A stretch of DNA of 64,000 nucleotides from Methanomassiliicoccales archaeon PtaU1.Bin124. GTDB lineage: Archaea > Thermoplasmatota > Thermoplasmata > Methanomassiliicoccales > UBA472. Shown piece after piece: positions 49,893-60,332 of the stretch (position 1 is its first letter; every line of letters starts with the position of its first letter). Made by a program: the position numbers and the translations under genes. The notes beneath the pieces are model-generated. The model was given only the letters and a program-made list of their open reading frames with translations, searched no databases and was not told the origin of the DNA. Location of the stretch: the NCBI GenBank assembly GCA_002067865.1, contig MVRC01000012.1, forward strand, positions 166,474-230,473, read 5' to 3'.

Positions 49893-51095
49893 TTGAATAA
49901 AGTCAATATTTACTTAAAAAGGTTCGATAGTTTGAAAATTCTAATCGTGTGTTCAACATTGGATTTAAAATTCAAACTTGGATGCACCCCATCATGGTGG
50001 CAATTGATCAAGGCATTAAATGAAAAAGGAAACGAAATATTGGTATTGCCATATCTTGGAACGTGCATGGACACCATATGGTGGCGTTCGTATTCGAATC
50101 CCACTTTTTTTGAAAGTATAATTTATTACAACTTATTAAATAAATTACCCGATTTTAAGACCTATCAACAGAAGAGTAAAAAATTTTTAAAAATTTTTAT
50201 TCCATATATCAATTTCAAATGGAAAAATAAAATATGGGAAATAGTTAATCAAGAAAAAGATATAAATTTGGTATTCTTTATTAATATACCATTGGACCAA
50301 ATTACTGATATCCCATCAAAAATTAAGGAAGAATTTGGAATCCCCTCGTTTTATTTGGAGGGGGACATGCCTACGATTCTTCCAAAATATTCCGTTGGAC
50401 GTGGTTTTAAATTTAATTATTATCAAAATGCCGACCTATCTGTCTTTGATATTTTTTATTCCAATTCTATTGGGGTTACAAATGATATCAAAAGTATGGG
50501 GGCAAAAAAAATTGAATCTTTACATTATGCGGTGGATCCTCAATTCTTTCAACCATTGCCGACAAGGAAAAAATTTGATATTTCGTTTTTTGGGTACGGG
50601 AGCCAATATCGTGAAGATTGGATGGAAAAATTAATAACTAAACCTTCAAATGAAATGTGCAGATACAAATTTGCAGTGGCTGGGGGTGGATTCGGGATCT
50701 CTTTGGGAAATGCGGATTTGGTAGGGGATATTTCATTTGACAATTATCGTTTATTCTGTTCTCAAAGTAGGATCAATCTCAATATCACAAGATGGTCTCA
50801 CACAAATGTTTACGGATCTTCAACGGCCAGGATTTTTGAATTGGCAGGATTTGGTTGTTGTATTGTTTCCCAACCATACAATGGGATGGATGAATGGTTC
50901 GACCCTGGTCGCGAAATTTTTATGATAAAAAACGATGAAGAAATCAATGAATTATATAATTGGTTATTGGACGATGAAGAAATTCGTATTAAATCAGGCA
51001 TGGCTGCAAGAGAAAGGGTACTTAAAAATCATACTTATGGTCATAGGGCCCAACAAATAATCAATAATTTTAATGACCTAAAGGATAAAACATGA
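49893..51095 (+). CDS. CgeB-like GT-B glycosyltransferase
   Basis: YAVDP..F.P, DISFFG, INLNITR, RIFELAGFG, HTYGHRA. Confidence 0.85.
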   Translation: MNKVNIYLKRFDSLKILIVCSTLDLKFKLGCTPSWWQLIKALNEKGNEILVLPYLGTCMDTIWWRSYSNPTFFESIIYYNLLNKLPDFKTYQQKSKKFLKIFIPYINFKWKNKIWEIVNQEKDINLVFFINIPLDQITDIPSKIKEEFGIPSFYLEGDMPTILPKYSVGRGFKFNYYQNADLSVFDIFYSNSIGVTNDIKSMGAKKIESLHYAVDPQFFQPLPTRKKFDISFFGYGSQYREDWMEKLITKPSNEMCRYKFAVAGGGFGISLGNADLVGDISFDNYRLFCSQSRINLNITRWSHTNVYGSSTARIFELAGFGCCIVSQPYNGMDEWFDPGREIFMIKNDEEINELYNWLLDDEEIRIKSGMAARERVLKNHTYGHRAQQIINNFNDLKDKT

Positions 51096-51532
51096 AGGTA
51101 GGATTAATTGGAGCTAGTGGTGGTCATCTTACTGAATTATTACAATTGGCTCATTCATTGGACCACTGCACTTTATTCATAATAACATATAAAACCAATC
51201 GCTTTATTAATTTGCCAATACCTCAATTCTATGTTCCAGATATCGGCCAAAAGGGTAACTTTATTTCTGCCTCATTCAATATTTTTAAAATTCTGATTAG
51301 TGAAAGACCAGATTATGTCATAAGCACCGGATCGGAGATTGCTATTCCCTCTTTTTTAATCTGCAAGAGTCTAGGTATTAAAACAATTTTTATTGAATCA
51401 TGGTGTCGCGTTAATTGCAAATCTGGCACTGGCAGAATTGTTTATTATTTTTCTGATTATTTCTTTGTCCAGTGGGAAGAGTTGATTAAAAAATATGGTA
51501 AAAAAGCTCAATATTTCGGAGGTCTCATATGA
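51092..51532 (+). CDS. Alg14/PssD/CpsF-like glycosyltransferase subunit
   Basis: ASGGHLTEL, RPDYVISTG, FIES, FFVQWE. Confidence 0.92.
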   Translation: MKVGLIGASGGHLTELLQLAHSLDHCTLFIITYKTNRFINLPIPQFYVPDIGQKGNFISASFNIFKILISERPDYVISTGSEIAIPSFLICKSLGIKTIFIESWCRVNCKSGTGRIVYYFSDYFFVQWEELIKKYGKKAQYFGGLI

Positions 51533-51999
51533 TCTTGGTGACTGTAGGTACCATCGGATTTGATCGTTTAATCAATTATTGCGATTCCATTTCCGATTTT
51601 TTTAATGAACCCATGCTGCTACAAATCGGTAACTCAACAACTATTCCGAAAAAATGTCCATATTTTAATATGATAGAATACGACAAAATGATGGGGGTCA
51701 TCAAAGAGTCTCGATTAGTAATTACTCACGGCGGTGCTGGAACAATTATGGATTGTATATTGCTGAACAAACCAATAATTGCCGTTCCCAGATTGAAAAA
51801 ATTTGGGGAAGTGATAGACGATCATCAGATTGAAATGTTAAATCAAATTAGGAAAAAGTATCAACTAGATGTAGTAACAAATATTACAGATTTGATGGAT
51901 TTGATAATAATGAAACGTCCAGAATCTCATTGCGGAACATACGAAATAAATTCTAAATTATCAATGAAAATATCGGAAATAATTAAAGGTGTGCGATAA
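51529..51999 (+). CDS. Alg13/PssE/CpsG-like glycosyltransferase subunit
   Basis: MILVTVGT..FDRL, ITHGGAGT, VPR...GEVIDDHQ. Confidence 0.92.
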   Translation: MILVTVGTIGFDRLINYCDSISDFFNEPMLLQIGNSTTIPKKCPYFNMIEYDKMMGVIKESRLVITHGGAGTIMDCILLNKPIIAVPRLKKFGEVIDDHQIEMLNQIRKKYQLDVVTNITDLMDLIIMKRPESHCGTYEINSKLSMKISEIIKGVR

Positions 52000-53107
52000 A
52001 CTCAGAATAATTTATGATGGAATATTCCTTTCGTACAATTTCCAAGGCTCGATCAGAATATTTTTGGGCAATTTCTGGATTATCTGATAACAGATCAATC
52101 GAATTCCTTAAAGCATCAACATCTCCTTCAGGAATCAAAATGCCACCATCTTTTAATATCGTAGGAATCCCTCCGATATTCGATGCTATTATGCATTTAT
52201 GACTCGCCATTGCCTCCATCAAAACATTTGGTGATATCTCAGCAACATGTTCAGTAATCGATGGCATTATTACGATGTCGACTGCGTTATAAAGGAATAT
52301 CATGTTTTCAGGTTTTACTGGGTCTATCAAAATTATGTTATTCGATGGAATAATTTTGTTCAAATCTTTTAAATTTCCAAAATTTATAATAATTAATAAA
52401 TAGTTTTTTTCAATGACATGTTGTTGGATTGATAGGACACTATCAATTCCTTTCACCTTATAAAAACCGCCAGCATACAGCACCACAGATTTAAATTTGT
52501 GATTTTTTAGCAAATCCGCCAAATTCTCATCAATCCCCAAAATTCCATTTTTAGAATATTTCTCCAAACAAATCCCATGTGTTTTTACAATTGAATTAGA
52601 AATTTTAAATTCCTCTTGTAGATACTTCTTATTCATATCTGACTCAGCAACAATATTTATTATGTTTTTATATACAAATTTAATAAATTTTTTCTTGACA
52701 CTTGATAAAAATTTTAAAACACCTTTCATATTATTTGTCCGATCCAAATTATTTTCAATAATAATGACCATATTTGCATTGAGAATTTTTCCAACAGCAA
52801 TTAATGATAGTGACGCGGTGGTTTCCGAAGCTAAAATAACAATTTTATTGGGTTTCAGAAAAATTAATTTTTTCATTAAATTAAAATTGGGAAAAAGATC
52901 GCCCGAAAATCTTTTTATTTTAAATTTATGAACATTTAGGTTGTCAATATTTATTTTTAAAAAACGAATTGCACTGGGATATTCATCTTCCTCATCAATA
53001 GTAAAAATGTACACGTCATTAAAATATTTATTAAATTGTCTCCCCATGTCTAGCATCCAGGGATATAAAAATGGAGCCCAAATTACACATTTTTGTTCAA
53101 CCGACAA
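51983..53107 (-). CDS. GT4 family glycosyltransferase
   Basis: KG, PS...EISPNVLMEAMA, SNIGGIP. Confidence 0.88.
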   Translation of the reverse strand: MSVEQKCVIWAPFLYPWMLDMGRQFNKYFNDVYIFTIDEEDEYPSAIRFLKINIDNLNVHKFKIKRFSGDLFPNFNLMKKLIFLKPNKIVILASETTASLSLIAVGKILNANMVIIIENNLDRTNNMKGVLKFLSSVKKKFIKFVYKNIINIVAESDMNKKYLQEEFKISNSIVKTHGICLEKYSKNGILGIDENLADLLKNHKFKSVVLYAGGFYKVKGIDSVLSIQQHVIEKNYLLIIINFGNLKDLNKIIPSNNIILIDPVKPENMIFLYNAVDIVIMPSITEHVAEISPNVLMEAMASHKCIIASNIGGIPTILKDGGILIPEGDVDALRNSIDLLSDNPEIAQKYSDRALEIVRKEYSIINYSEFIAHL

Positions 53108-53213
53108 GATATCCCAACAAATAAAATATTTATTAATATTTACATTCTCTGATATGCCATTCTTGACAGAAAATCTTCTTCATATTATAATATTAGTTAT
53201 TAAATATTGACAA

Positions 53214-54506
53214 ATGAATATTAAGATTGGAATGTTGGATCCTATGAAAAATGTCCTCATTGTTTCTTTCTATTTTTCAGAAAGTGAGAATATTGGTTCC
53301 CATCGCTCTCGAGGCCTAGCTGAAAATCTTTCAAAATTTGGTTGGCATCCAATAATCATTACTCAACAAAATTCCACTCCCTTTAACTGTGCCAATTGTG
53401 AAATTATTGAAGTCCCTTTCTGTTCAAAACTATCATACTGGAAGCGCAAATTTGGTTATTCCGAACATTCCGCAATTCTTAAACCAAATCGTTTTGATGG
53501 CCAAAAGTACTCAATATTTGATACCGGGTCTGAAATTATCCGTTTTATATTATTTTATCCTGACGAAGCTAATTCCTGGATATCACCTACAATTGAAAAA
53601 ATTCAAGAAATCCTAAAAAATGAAAAAATTTCAGCAATAATTAGTACATCATCTCCAATTTCTTCGCATTTTATCGCATGTAATATTAAGCGCAGATTTA
53701 ACATACCATGGATTGCTGATTTTCGGGATCTGTGGTCTCAAAATCATTATTTGAGATCAAAAATTTGGAAAGCAAGACATATCATAAATGAAAAAATAAC
53801 AATTTCTAATGCAAATATTTTGACTACTGTGTCGGCCCCACTAGCAAATAAACTCGAAAACATTCACCATCTCCGGGCAATTTCGATAATGAATGGCTAT
53901 AATCGCCTTGATTTGAATTTAGGTGAGCCATTAGATCAAAAATTTTCTATCATTCATACGGGGAGATTATATGAAGGTCGGAGAGATCCAGAGCCACTAT
54001 TTCGTGCGATTCATAATTTAATTTTAACCAATAAAATTTCTCCTAATGAAATTTCTGTCAATTTTTATGGATGTGATGATGAATGGTTGAAGAAATGTAT
54101 AGAACGATATCAATTGCAAGATATTGTCAGTTCTGTAGGTATTATTTCGAGGGATGAATCAATTAAAAAACAACGAAGCGCGCAACTATTATTATTATTA
54201 ACTTGGAATTCTTCTGATGAAAGTGGTGTATATACTGGGAAAATTTTCGAGTACATTGCCGCAAAGCGACCAATATTTTTGATGGGGTGTGAGGGTGGAG
54301 TGGCATCTCAATTAATTATGAATGCCGGTATAGGGAAAGTGGCAGATAATAAAAATAGTATTGAAGAAATATTAATGGGGTATTATATCGATTTTAAAAA
54401 ATACGGGTATGTTCCATATAATGAAAAAAAAGAAATAACCAGCACATTAGATCAAGAAAGAATGGCAAGGCAGTTTGCTGAACTACTTGATGATCTGACC
54501 TCCTGA
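53214..54506 (+). CDS. GT4 family glycosyltransferase
   Basis: PWIADFRDLW, NGY, HTGRLY, GKIFEYIAAKRPI. Confidence 0.9.
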   Translation: MNIKIGMLDPMKNVLIVSFYFSESENIGSHRSRGLAENLSKFGWHPIIITQQNSTPFNCANCEIIEVPFCSKLSYWKRKFGYSEHSAILKPNRFDGQKYSIFDTGSEIIRFILFYPDEANSWISPTIEKIQEILKNEKISAIISTSSPISSHFIACNIKRRFNIPWIADFRDLWSQNHYLRSKIWKARHIINEKITISNANILTTVSAPLANKLENIHHLRAISIMNGYNRLDLNLGEPLDQKFSIIHTGRLYEGRRDPEPLFRAIHNLILTNKISPNEISVNFYGCDDEWLKKCIERYQLQDIVSSVGIISRDESIKKQRSAQLLLLLTWNSSDESGVYTGKIFEYIAAKRPIFLMGCEGGVASQLIMNAGIGKVADNKNSIEEILMGYYIDFKKYGYVPYNEKKEITSTLDQERMARQFAELLDDLTS

Positions 54507-54525
54507 TTGTATCGTATAAAAATCT

Positions 54526-55971
54526 ATGAGCATGCTAAATAAAAGTGGTTCCAAGAACAAAAACCTCATCGACGTGTTAACAGTGATGAGTGGAACGACA
54601 GCAGCTCAATTAATAATAATCATATCAGCTCCGTTAGTAACTCGCTTATATGGTGCAGATTCTTTTGGATTATCTTCACTATTCTCTTCAATTGTCAGTA
54701 TTTTGGTCGTAGTAGTATGCCTTCGATATGAAATGGCGATTATGCTTCCGAAAAGCGATGAAGAAGCAATAAATATTCTAATTTTAAGTATAATAATATC
54801 ATTCATTTTCAGTTTAATGCTGGTTCCTTTTATATTATTGTTTGAATCGAATTTGATAATAATCCTCAATGCGCCAGGGCTTCAAAATTATTTGTGGTTA
54901 GTTCCTCCAATGGTATTCTTCACCGGATCTTTTTCAGCTTTAAGTTATTGGATAATCCGGAGGAAAAAATTTAAAAACCTGGCATTTGCACAGGTGGCAA
55001 AAGCCACAGCAACTTCTGGGACTCAATTATCTGCAGGTTACATGGGATATGCCACAGGTGGTAATCTTATTGGTGGGAGCGTTCTGGGCCAGACATTCGC
55101 TTCAACAATTCTTAGCTTTCAAGTCTGGAAATCAGATAAACACATTATTAAAAATTTTGTCAGTCGGAAACAAATGAGGCAATGCCTACACCACTATCAG
55201 AATTTTCCACTTTATGATGTTTGGTCCGGGTTATTAAATGCATTTTCTTTTCAAATGCCGATTTTTATTCTGTCAATATTTTTTTCTTCCACCGTTGTAG
55301 GTTTTTATTCTCTCGCACTCTTAGTTCTGTTGTTGCCGACCTCATTCATTGGGTCGGCGATTGGTCAAATTTTTTATCAAAGGTCATCAGAGGCATATCA
55401 TAAGAATAATGGTGAATTTGCCACCATCGTTGAGGCCACGGTTTCTCAATTATTTTTAATTGGGTTTCCGATAATATTATCATTGGTTATAATCGGTGGG
55501 GATGCATTTAATATTGTTTTTGGATCAAATTGGACCGAAGCGGGATATTTTTCACAAGTACTCTCGATTTGGATATTAGTTGTGTTCGTTACCAGTCCAA
55601 TAAGTACCATATATGCAATATTTAGAAAATTACGGATTTTATTAATCATAAATGTAATATTATTTTTTATCCGAACTATTGTATTGATTATCGGTGGAAT
55701 TTTTAATGATGTGTATCTGGGTTTAACGTTGTTTTCACTCGCCAGTTCAATAATCTTGATTGCGATGGGTATTCATATTCTAAAAATATCGAAAATTTCT
55801 ATTCGACACTTATGCGACTCTGTCAAATATTATTTAGTTCTAGGATCATTTTGTCTAGTTTTAATTTTTATCATTAGAAATATTTTCCTAAATAATCCGC
55901 AGATGGTTATAATACTCTCGGTTGTAATTATCATGCCATACTATTTTATATTATTATATAAATATTATTAA
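54526..55971 (+). CDS. Wzx-type oligosaccharide flippase
   Basis: GT..AQ...P.VTRLY...FG, LRYEMAI; 12-14 TM segments. Confidence 0.92.
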   Translation: MSMLNKSGSKNKNLIDVLTVMSGTTAAQLIIIISAPLVTRLYGADSFGLSSLFSSIVSILVVVVCLRYEMAIMLPKSDEEAINILILSIIISFIFSLMLVPFILLFESNLIIILNAPGLQNYLWLVPPMVFFTGSFSALSYWIIRRKKFKNLAFAQVAKATATSGTQLSAGYMGYATGGNLIGGSVLGQTFASTILSFQVWKSDKHIIKNFVSRKQMRQCLHHYQNFPLYDVWSGLLNAFSFQMPIFILSIFFSSTVVGFYSLALLVLLLPTSFIGSAIGQIFYQRSSEAYHKNNGEFATIVEATVSQLFLIGFPIILSLVIIGGDAFNIVFGSNWTEAGYFSQVLSIWILVVFVTSPISTIYAIFRKLRILLIINVILFFIRTIVLIIGGIFNDVYLGLTLFSLASSIILIAMGIHILKISKISIRHLCDSVKYYLVLGSFCLVLIFIIRNIFLNNPQMVIILSVVIIMPYYFILLYKYY

Positions 55972-55974
55972 TTA

Positions 55975-57669
55975 CTAATTTTTTTCCTGATATAAATTCG
56001 ATACATAATCGGCTGTAAGGAATGAATTAACGTTTTTCCTTAAATGATATTCGGATAAAAATCGAGATTCTTCAATAAAACCATAATATGCCAATGGGTG
56101 AAATTTATAAATTTCATTCTCTACAATTTTTGCCCTAACGTTTTCTTTTACGTCAATTAATTTGTTTTTATAATCTAACACGAATTTCGAATCAGCTAGT
56201 GATCCAGAAATCGCCATCAACATTTTTTCAGAATTTGATTCCGCCAAATTCAAATTTGTTGTACATTCAATATCTTTTAATTTATATAAATTATCGACAA
56301 ATAAATATGTTAAACAATATTTTTTATATAAATATTGATGGATTTTATATTTTAATGGTACTCTTTTAAAAAATTTTATCAATTGCGTATCCCACAGTGG
56401 CAATCTCCATTCATATTCAAAAAATTCATATGTTCTAACAGAATTTATAATAAACTTCGATTGTCTCTCCATGAAATCAAAATATTCGAAGCCATTTGCA
56501 TAAGATTCTGCATTATTAATAATAATTTCTGATATATAATTTCGAATTTTATTTTTTAACAGTCTTCGATTTTGTTTGGAGTCTTTATTGGGCTGATTTA
56601 AGAAATGATAGTTAATAACCTCCTCAGCGCAGAGATCGTTATTATATACGTTCCTATTGAGCAAATCTCCCGGTATATGACCCCCAGATATCATATCTCC
56701 TGTGTGTCCCGGTACAAATGTTGAATTGCTTGGCACGAGCTGATTTTCTTTTATGAATTTCACTGCGAGAAAATCTTGTATGTGTGGTAGAGACGTGGAA
56801 TTCGAGGCATATTTATAATATGTTTTTAATATTTCAGAAGAATAAATATCTTTCCATTTATCATTGGTATATTCAATAAATATCCATTCATATCCCAATG
56901 CATCAGCAACTTTTTTACTTATTTTAGATTCTGCATTATTTAATCGTCCATACGAAAAACAAATTACATCTGTTATACCATATTTTTTTAATAATGCTAC
57001 AATAATTCTGGAATCCAATCCACCACTCAAAGGGACAACAAGAAATTTTCCTTTATCAACGGTTGATTGTTTCAATCTAAGAAAAACATTATTAAACACA
57101 GTATCAAGTTGTGATAATAACATATGTTCTGTTACATTTTCAATGATTTTGTTAGTTGGATAAAAATATTTCCAAATTTCCATCTTTTTTATTTGTTTAG
57201 AATAAAATAATAATTCTCCAGCCTGAAGTTGGAAAATGTTTTGGTAAATTGTTTCTCTACCCATAACGTAACCAGTATGTAGGAATTCTAAAACATTTTT
57301 TTGATCGATAATAGTTGAATTATCGATCAAATCGTCTGAACAATCGGATAACACCGTCTCCAATTCATTATTGCGATAATAAATTGGTATCGTTCTTAAC
57401 CGGTCAACTACACACAATAATATTTCTGGTGTTTGAAAAATTATCGCGAAGTCTCCCTCAAGGTTTTGTATCAGCGGACAAATAGATTCAGAAGTTCTTT
57501 TCGAATCTTGTGATATTTTATCCATGAAAATTTTGCAGAGATCAACTGCTTCGACATATTTATTCTCGAAAAAAATATTGCCCTTAATGCTGAGTGACAC
57601 ATCATTAATTATTATAGATTTCCAATTATATTTATAATTATTTAAAATAATTTTTATATTCATTTTCAC
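55975..57669 (-). CDS. Asparagine synthase-like amidating enzyme lacking the N-terminal Cys
   Basis: PLSGGLDSR PP-loop, PGHTGD, ERQSKFIINS, WRLPLWD. Confidence 0.85.
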   Translation of the reverse strand: MKMNIKIILNNYKYNWKSIIINDVSLSIKGNIFFENKYVEAVDLCKIFMDKISQDSKRTSESICPLIQNLEGDFAIIFQTPEILLCVVDRLRTIPIYYRNNELETVLSDCSDDLIDNSTIIDQKNVLEFLHTGYVMGRETIYQNIFQLQAGELLFYSKQIKKMEIWKYFYPTNKIIENVTEHMLLSQLDTVFNNVFLRLKQSTVDKGKFLVVPLSGGLDSRIIVALLKKYGITDVICFSYGRLNNAESKISKKVADALGYEWIFIEYTNDKWKDIYSSEILKTYYKYASNSTSLPHIQDFLAVKFIKENQLVPSNSTFVPGHTGDMISGGHIPGDLLNRNVYNNDLCAEEVINYHFLNQPNKDSKQNRRLLKNKIRNYISEIIINNAESYANGFEYFDFMERQSKFIINSVRTYEFFEYEWRLPLWDTQLIKFFKRVPLKYKIHQYLYKKYCLTYLFVDNLYKLKDIECTTNLNLAESNSEKMLMAISGSLADSKFVLDYKNKLIDVKENVRAKIVENEIYKFHPLAYYGFIEESRFLSEYHLRKNVNSFLTADYVSNLYQEKN

Positions 57670-57738
57670 AGTTTTTGAAGAACTAGATACATATAATTCT
57701 TTTTTGTAGGATCGAACACAACTCTCATAATAAGAAAA

Positions 57739-58692
57739 TTATTTTTCATGACTCATTAAAATCCTCAGTGAATTTAAAATCAAGGCCACAAATATTAAAA
57801 AAAGGCCCACTCCGAACATTGCAATTCCTGCAATGCCCTGCAATGTTAGGGTCCACTGGAATATGATAGTAGTTTCAAACAGAGTAAATAAACCTAAAAT
57901 CGTGCCTGCTGACAAAATAAAAAATCCTGGGACTCCAAACAATAATAAGGGTCGTTTATATCCAACAAAACCAACAATCCTTCCTAGAACCGACATGCCA
58001 TGTTTCCATGGATTCTCTTTATGGCCATTCGGGACATCGTATCTAACATTGAAAGGAACCTCAACGATCTTCAATCCCTTTCTAGAAAAATGCATAATCA
58101 TATCTGTTTCGATGTTGTAATCTTTTGAATCGAAATCAAGATTTTTTAGAGCGCTTCGAGAAAGTGCCCGATATCCCGACTGGGAGTCCGTTATCGAAAC
58201 ATCCGATCCCATCTTCTGAGCAAAGTTAATCGTCTTAAGTCCAAGGCGCCTCGTCCTCGGAATCTCAGCATCATCACGAATATAACGAGATCCAATAACC
58301 AGGTCCGCCTTTCCCTCAAGCACCGGCGCACTAATCGCCGGTATTTCGCCCGGGTCCATCTGCCCGTCCCCGTCCAGCATTACAACGCAGTCGGGGTCGT
58401 ATCGCATGCATTCCTTGAATCCTTCCATCAACGCATGCGCCTTGCCAGAGTTCTTCTCCAGATCATAAACCACAGCACCGGCAATCTTCGCCAACAACGA
58501 CGTCCTATCCTTCGAACCGTCGTTCACCACGATGACCTTGTAAACATACGGTGCAGCCAGATGCACTACCGAAGCGATCGTCAGTTCCTCATTATACGCA
58601 GGAATGAGCGCTATCACCCTGCCGCTCTCGCCAGGCATCACATTGAGCAATCCATTCTGATTTAATAAGGTTGGCCTCCAGCACTCCATCAA
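57739..58692 (-). CDS. GT2 polyprenol-phosphate glycosyltransferase (DPM1/AglJ-like) with 2 C-terminal TM segments
   Basis: IPAYNEE, VNDGSKD, DGDGQ, DLVIGSR, DSQSGYRA. Confidence 0.93.
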   Translation of the reverse strand: MMECWRPTLLNQNGLLNVMPGESGRVIALIPAYNEELTIASVVHLAAPYVYKVIVVNDGSKDRTSLLAKIAGAVVYDLEKNSGKAHALMEGFKECMRYDPDCVVMLDGDGQMDPGEIPAISAPVLEGKADLVIGSRYIRDDAEIPRTRRLGLKTINFAQKMGSDVSITDSQSGYRALSRSALKNLDFDSKDYNIETDMIMHFSRKGLKIVEVPFNVRYDVPNGHKENPWKHGMSVLGRIVGFVGYKRPLLLFGVPGFFILSAGTILGLFTLFETTIIFQWTLTLQGIAGIAMFGVGLFLIFVALILNSLRILMSHEK

Positions 58693-58805
58693 TGCCTAAC
58701 AATCGACTCACAAAATTGACGAACGTAACGAACCAACACCAGTTTTTTAATCCCTTCAGATAATTATTCCGGATCATTCATAAAGTATATCATCCACCAT
58801 CGTGA

Positions 58806-59711
58806 TTGATTGCCCCAATGACCGACCAGGTCCCAGAGAAGTACTGCCCGAACTGCGGCAACCCTCTCGCTCAACATGACGTCTTCTGCAGCCGCTGCGG
58901 CACTAACACCAATCAACAGGCAGCGCCACCGACGGCCGCCCCGGCACCGTTGCCGCCACCGCTTCCCCCACCGAAGAAGCGCAAGAGCGCAGTCGGCCCG
59001 ATCGCTCTGATCGTCGTCATCGGCGTCGTCATCGGACTGCTCATGCTCGACATCCCCCAGCAGCTGTTGGAGGACGGCGGGTTCGAACTGCCCGGCCTGT
59101 CCGGCAAGACGTACACCTCCGGCAACGGCACCAAGCTGTACTCCTGGACGTACGACAACGATAACTACACCGTCAGGTACAATCTCACCACGTCCCAGTA
59201 CAACTACTATCACAATAACGGCATCCAGCGTTACATGACAGTGAACGATTACGATCACGGTCTGGGCTTCATCACCAACGACAGCACCATGAGGCAGCTC
59301 GCCTACGATCTCAAAACGCTAGCGGACAAGGCAGGCCTGGACAGTCTCGGCACTGCCAACATGGTCCTCAGCTTCGTGCAGAAGGCGATGCCCTACCAGT
59401 ATGACAACATCACCTACGGGGAAGAGGAGTATTGGGCCTTCCCGATCGAGATGCTATGGCTCGGTCACGGCGACTGCGAGGACAAGTCGTTCATGTACTG
59501 CAGCCTGATGGAGATCCTCGGCTACGACACCTGCCTGCTCTTCTTCACCGGTCATGTTGCAGCAGGGATCGCGATGCCTGATGGCTCTGGCACATGGCGC
59601 TACCCGCACGACGGCGTGAACTACTACTATTGCGAAACGACCGGGTCTGGGTGGGCCATAGGGGACAAGCCCGAGGAGTACGGCGATTCCCACCTGGTAG
59701 TAGTGGCGTAA
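58806..59711 (+). CDS. Zinc ribbon + Pro linker + TM + extracellular transglutaminase-like cysteine protease
   Basis: CPNCG...CSRCG; GDCEDKS, GHVAAG, YYYCETT. Confidence 0.88.
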   Translation: MIAPMTDQVPEKYCPNCGNPLAQHDVFCSRCGTNTNQQAAPPTAAPAPLPPPLPPPKKRKSAVGPIALIVVIGVVIGLLMLDIPQQLLEDGGFELPGLSGKTYTSGNGTKLYSWTYDNDNYTVRYNLTTSQYNYYHNNGIQRYMTVNDYDHGLGFITNDSTMRQLAYDLKTLADKAGLDSLGTANMVLSFVQKAMPYQYDNITYGEEEYWAFPIEMLWLGHGDCEDKSFMYCSLMEILGYDTCLLFFTGHVAAGIAMPDGSGTWRYPHDGVNYYYCETTGSGWAIGDKPEEYGDSHLVVVA

Positions 59712-59859
59712 AACCCTTTCTTCATTGGATCCTACTGATCCCATTTTTCTCTCCGATGTTGATTTTTTAGTTCACTGAGAAATATCAATCATATGTCTGC
59801 AATTTCGAATAAAAAATGTTCGTACAATTTTTATACGCACATTATTCTCATAACCTAAT

Positions 59860-60204
59860 ATGGGCGCGTTCACCAATACCTTCGGGGTATCACCAAGGGT
59901 GGCTGTACTAGAAGCATTCATTGAAAACGATGGACAAAAGTTCTCAAGACCAGAGATCATTGAAATGACTGGAATCTCTAGAGGTGCTGTTTATTACACA
60001 GTGGACAAATTGGTCCAAGAAGGATTCATAATAAAAAAAAAAGGGTCGGGGAAGGCACAAAAATATGCATTAAATACAAATGATGCGAGATCGAAAATCC
60101 TTTCCACAATCGAAAGCCTATTAGTTGCTGGTCAAATTGAGGCGATTATGAAAAAAGAATCAAACCTCCCTCAATCAAATCGTTTAGAAGGCTCAATATT
60201 ATGA
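59860..60204 (+). CDS. Winged-helix DNA-binding protein in AT-rich islet
   Basis: FG.SPRVAVLE...FSRPEIIEMTGISRGAVY..VDKLVQEGFI. Confidence 0.8.
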   Translation: MGAFTNTFGVSPRVAVLEAFIENDGQKFSRPEIIEMTGISRGAVYYTVDKLVQEGFIIKKKGSGKAQKYALNTNDARSKILSTIESLLVAGQIEAIMKKESNLPQSNRLEGSIL

Positions 60205-60332
60205 CAATGGGTAGGGAATAACCGTCTAATATTCAAAATAAGAAATTTTAGTTGATAAGCATCCCTGAAATATTGGGGTTTGCAAGACCCAATCAGGCGG
60301 TTGGACCGAATCTGGATGTTTAGTATTCCGTC

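Larger units (their letters stand above)
46700..58150. other. AT-rich glycosylation island
   Basis: About 28-32% GC by eye versus about 60% in the flanks; GTs, flippase and amidase-type gene; no mobility genes seen. Confidence 0.85.

Noticed and set aside
46700-58150. Island as an integrative mobile element
   Set aside because: No integrase, transposase, tRNA or terminal direct repeats were found.
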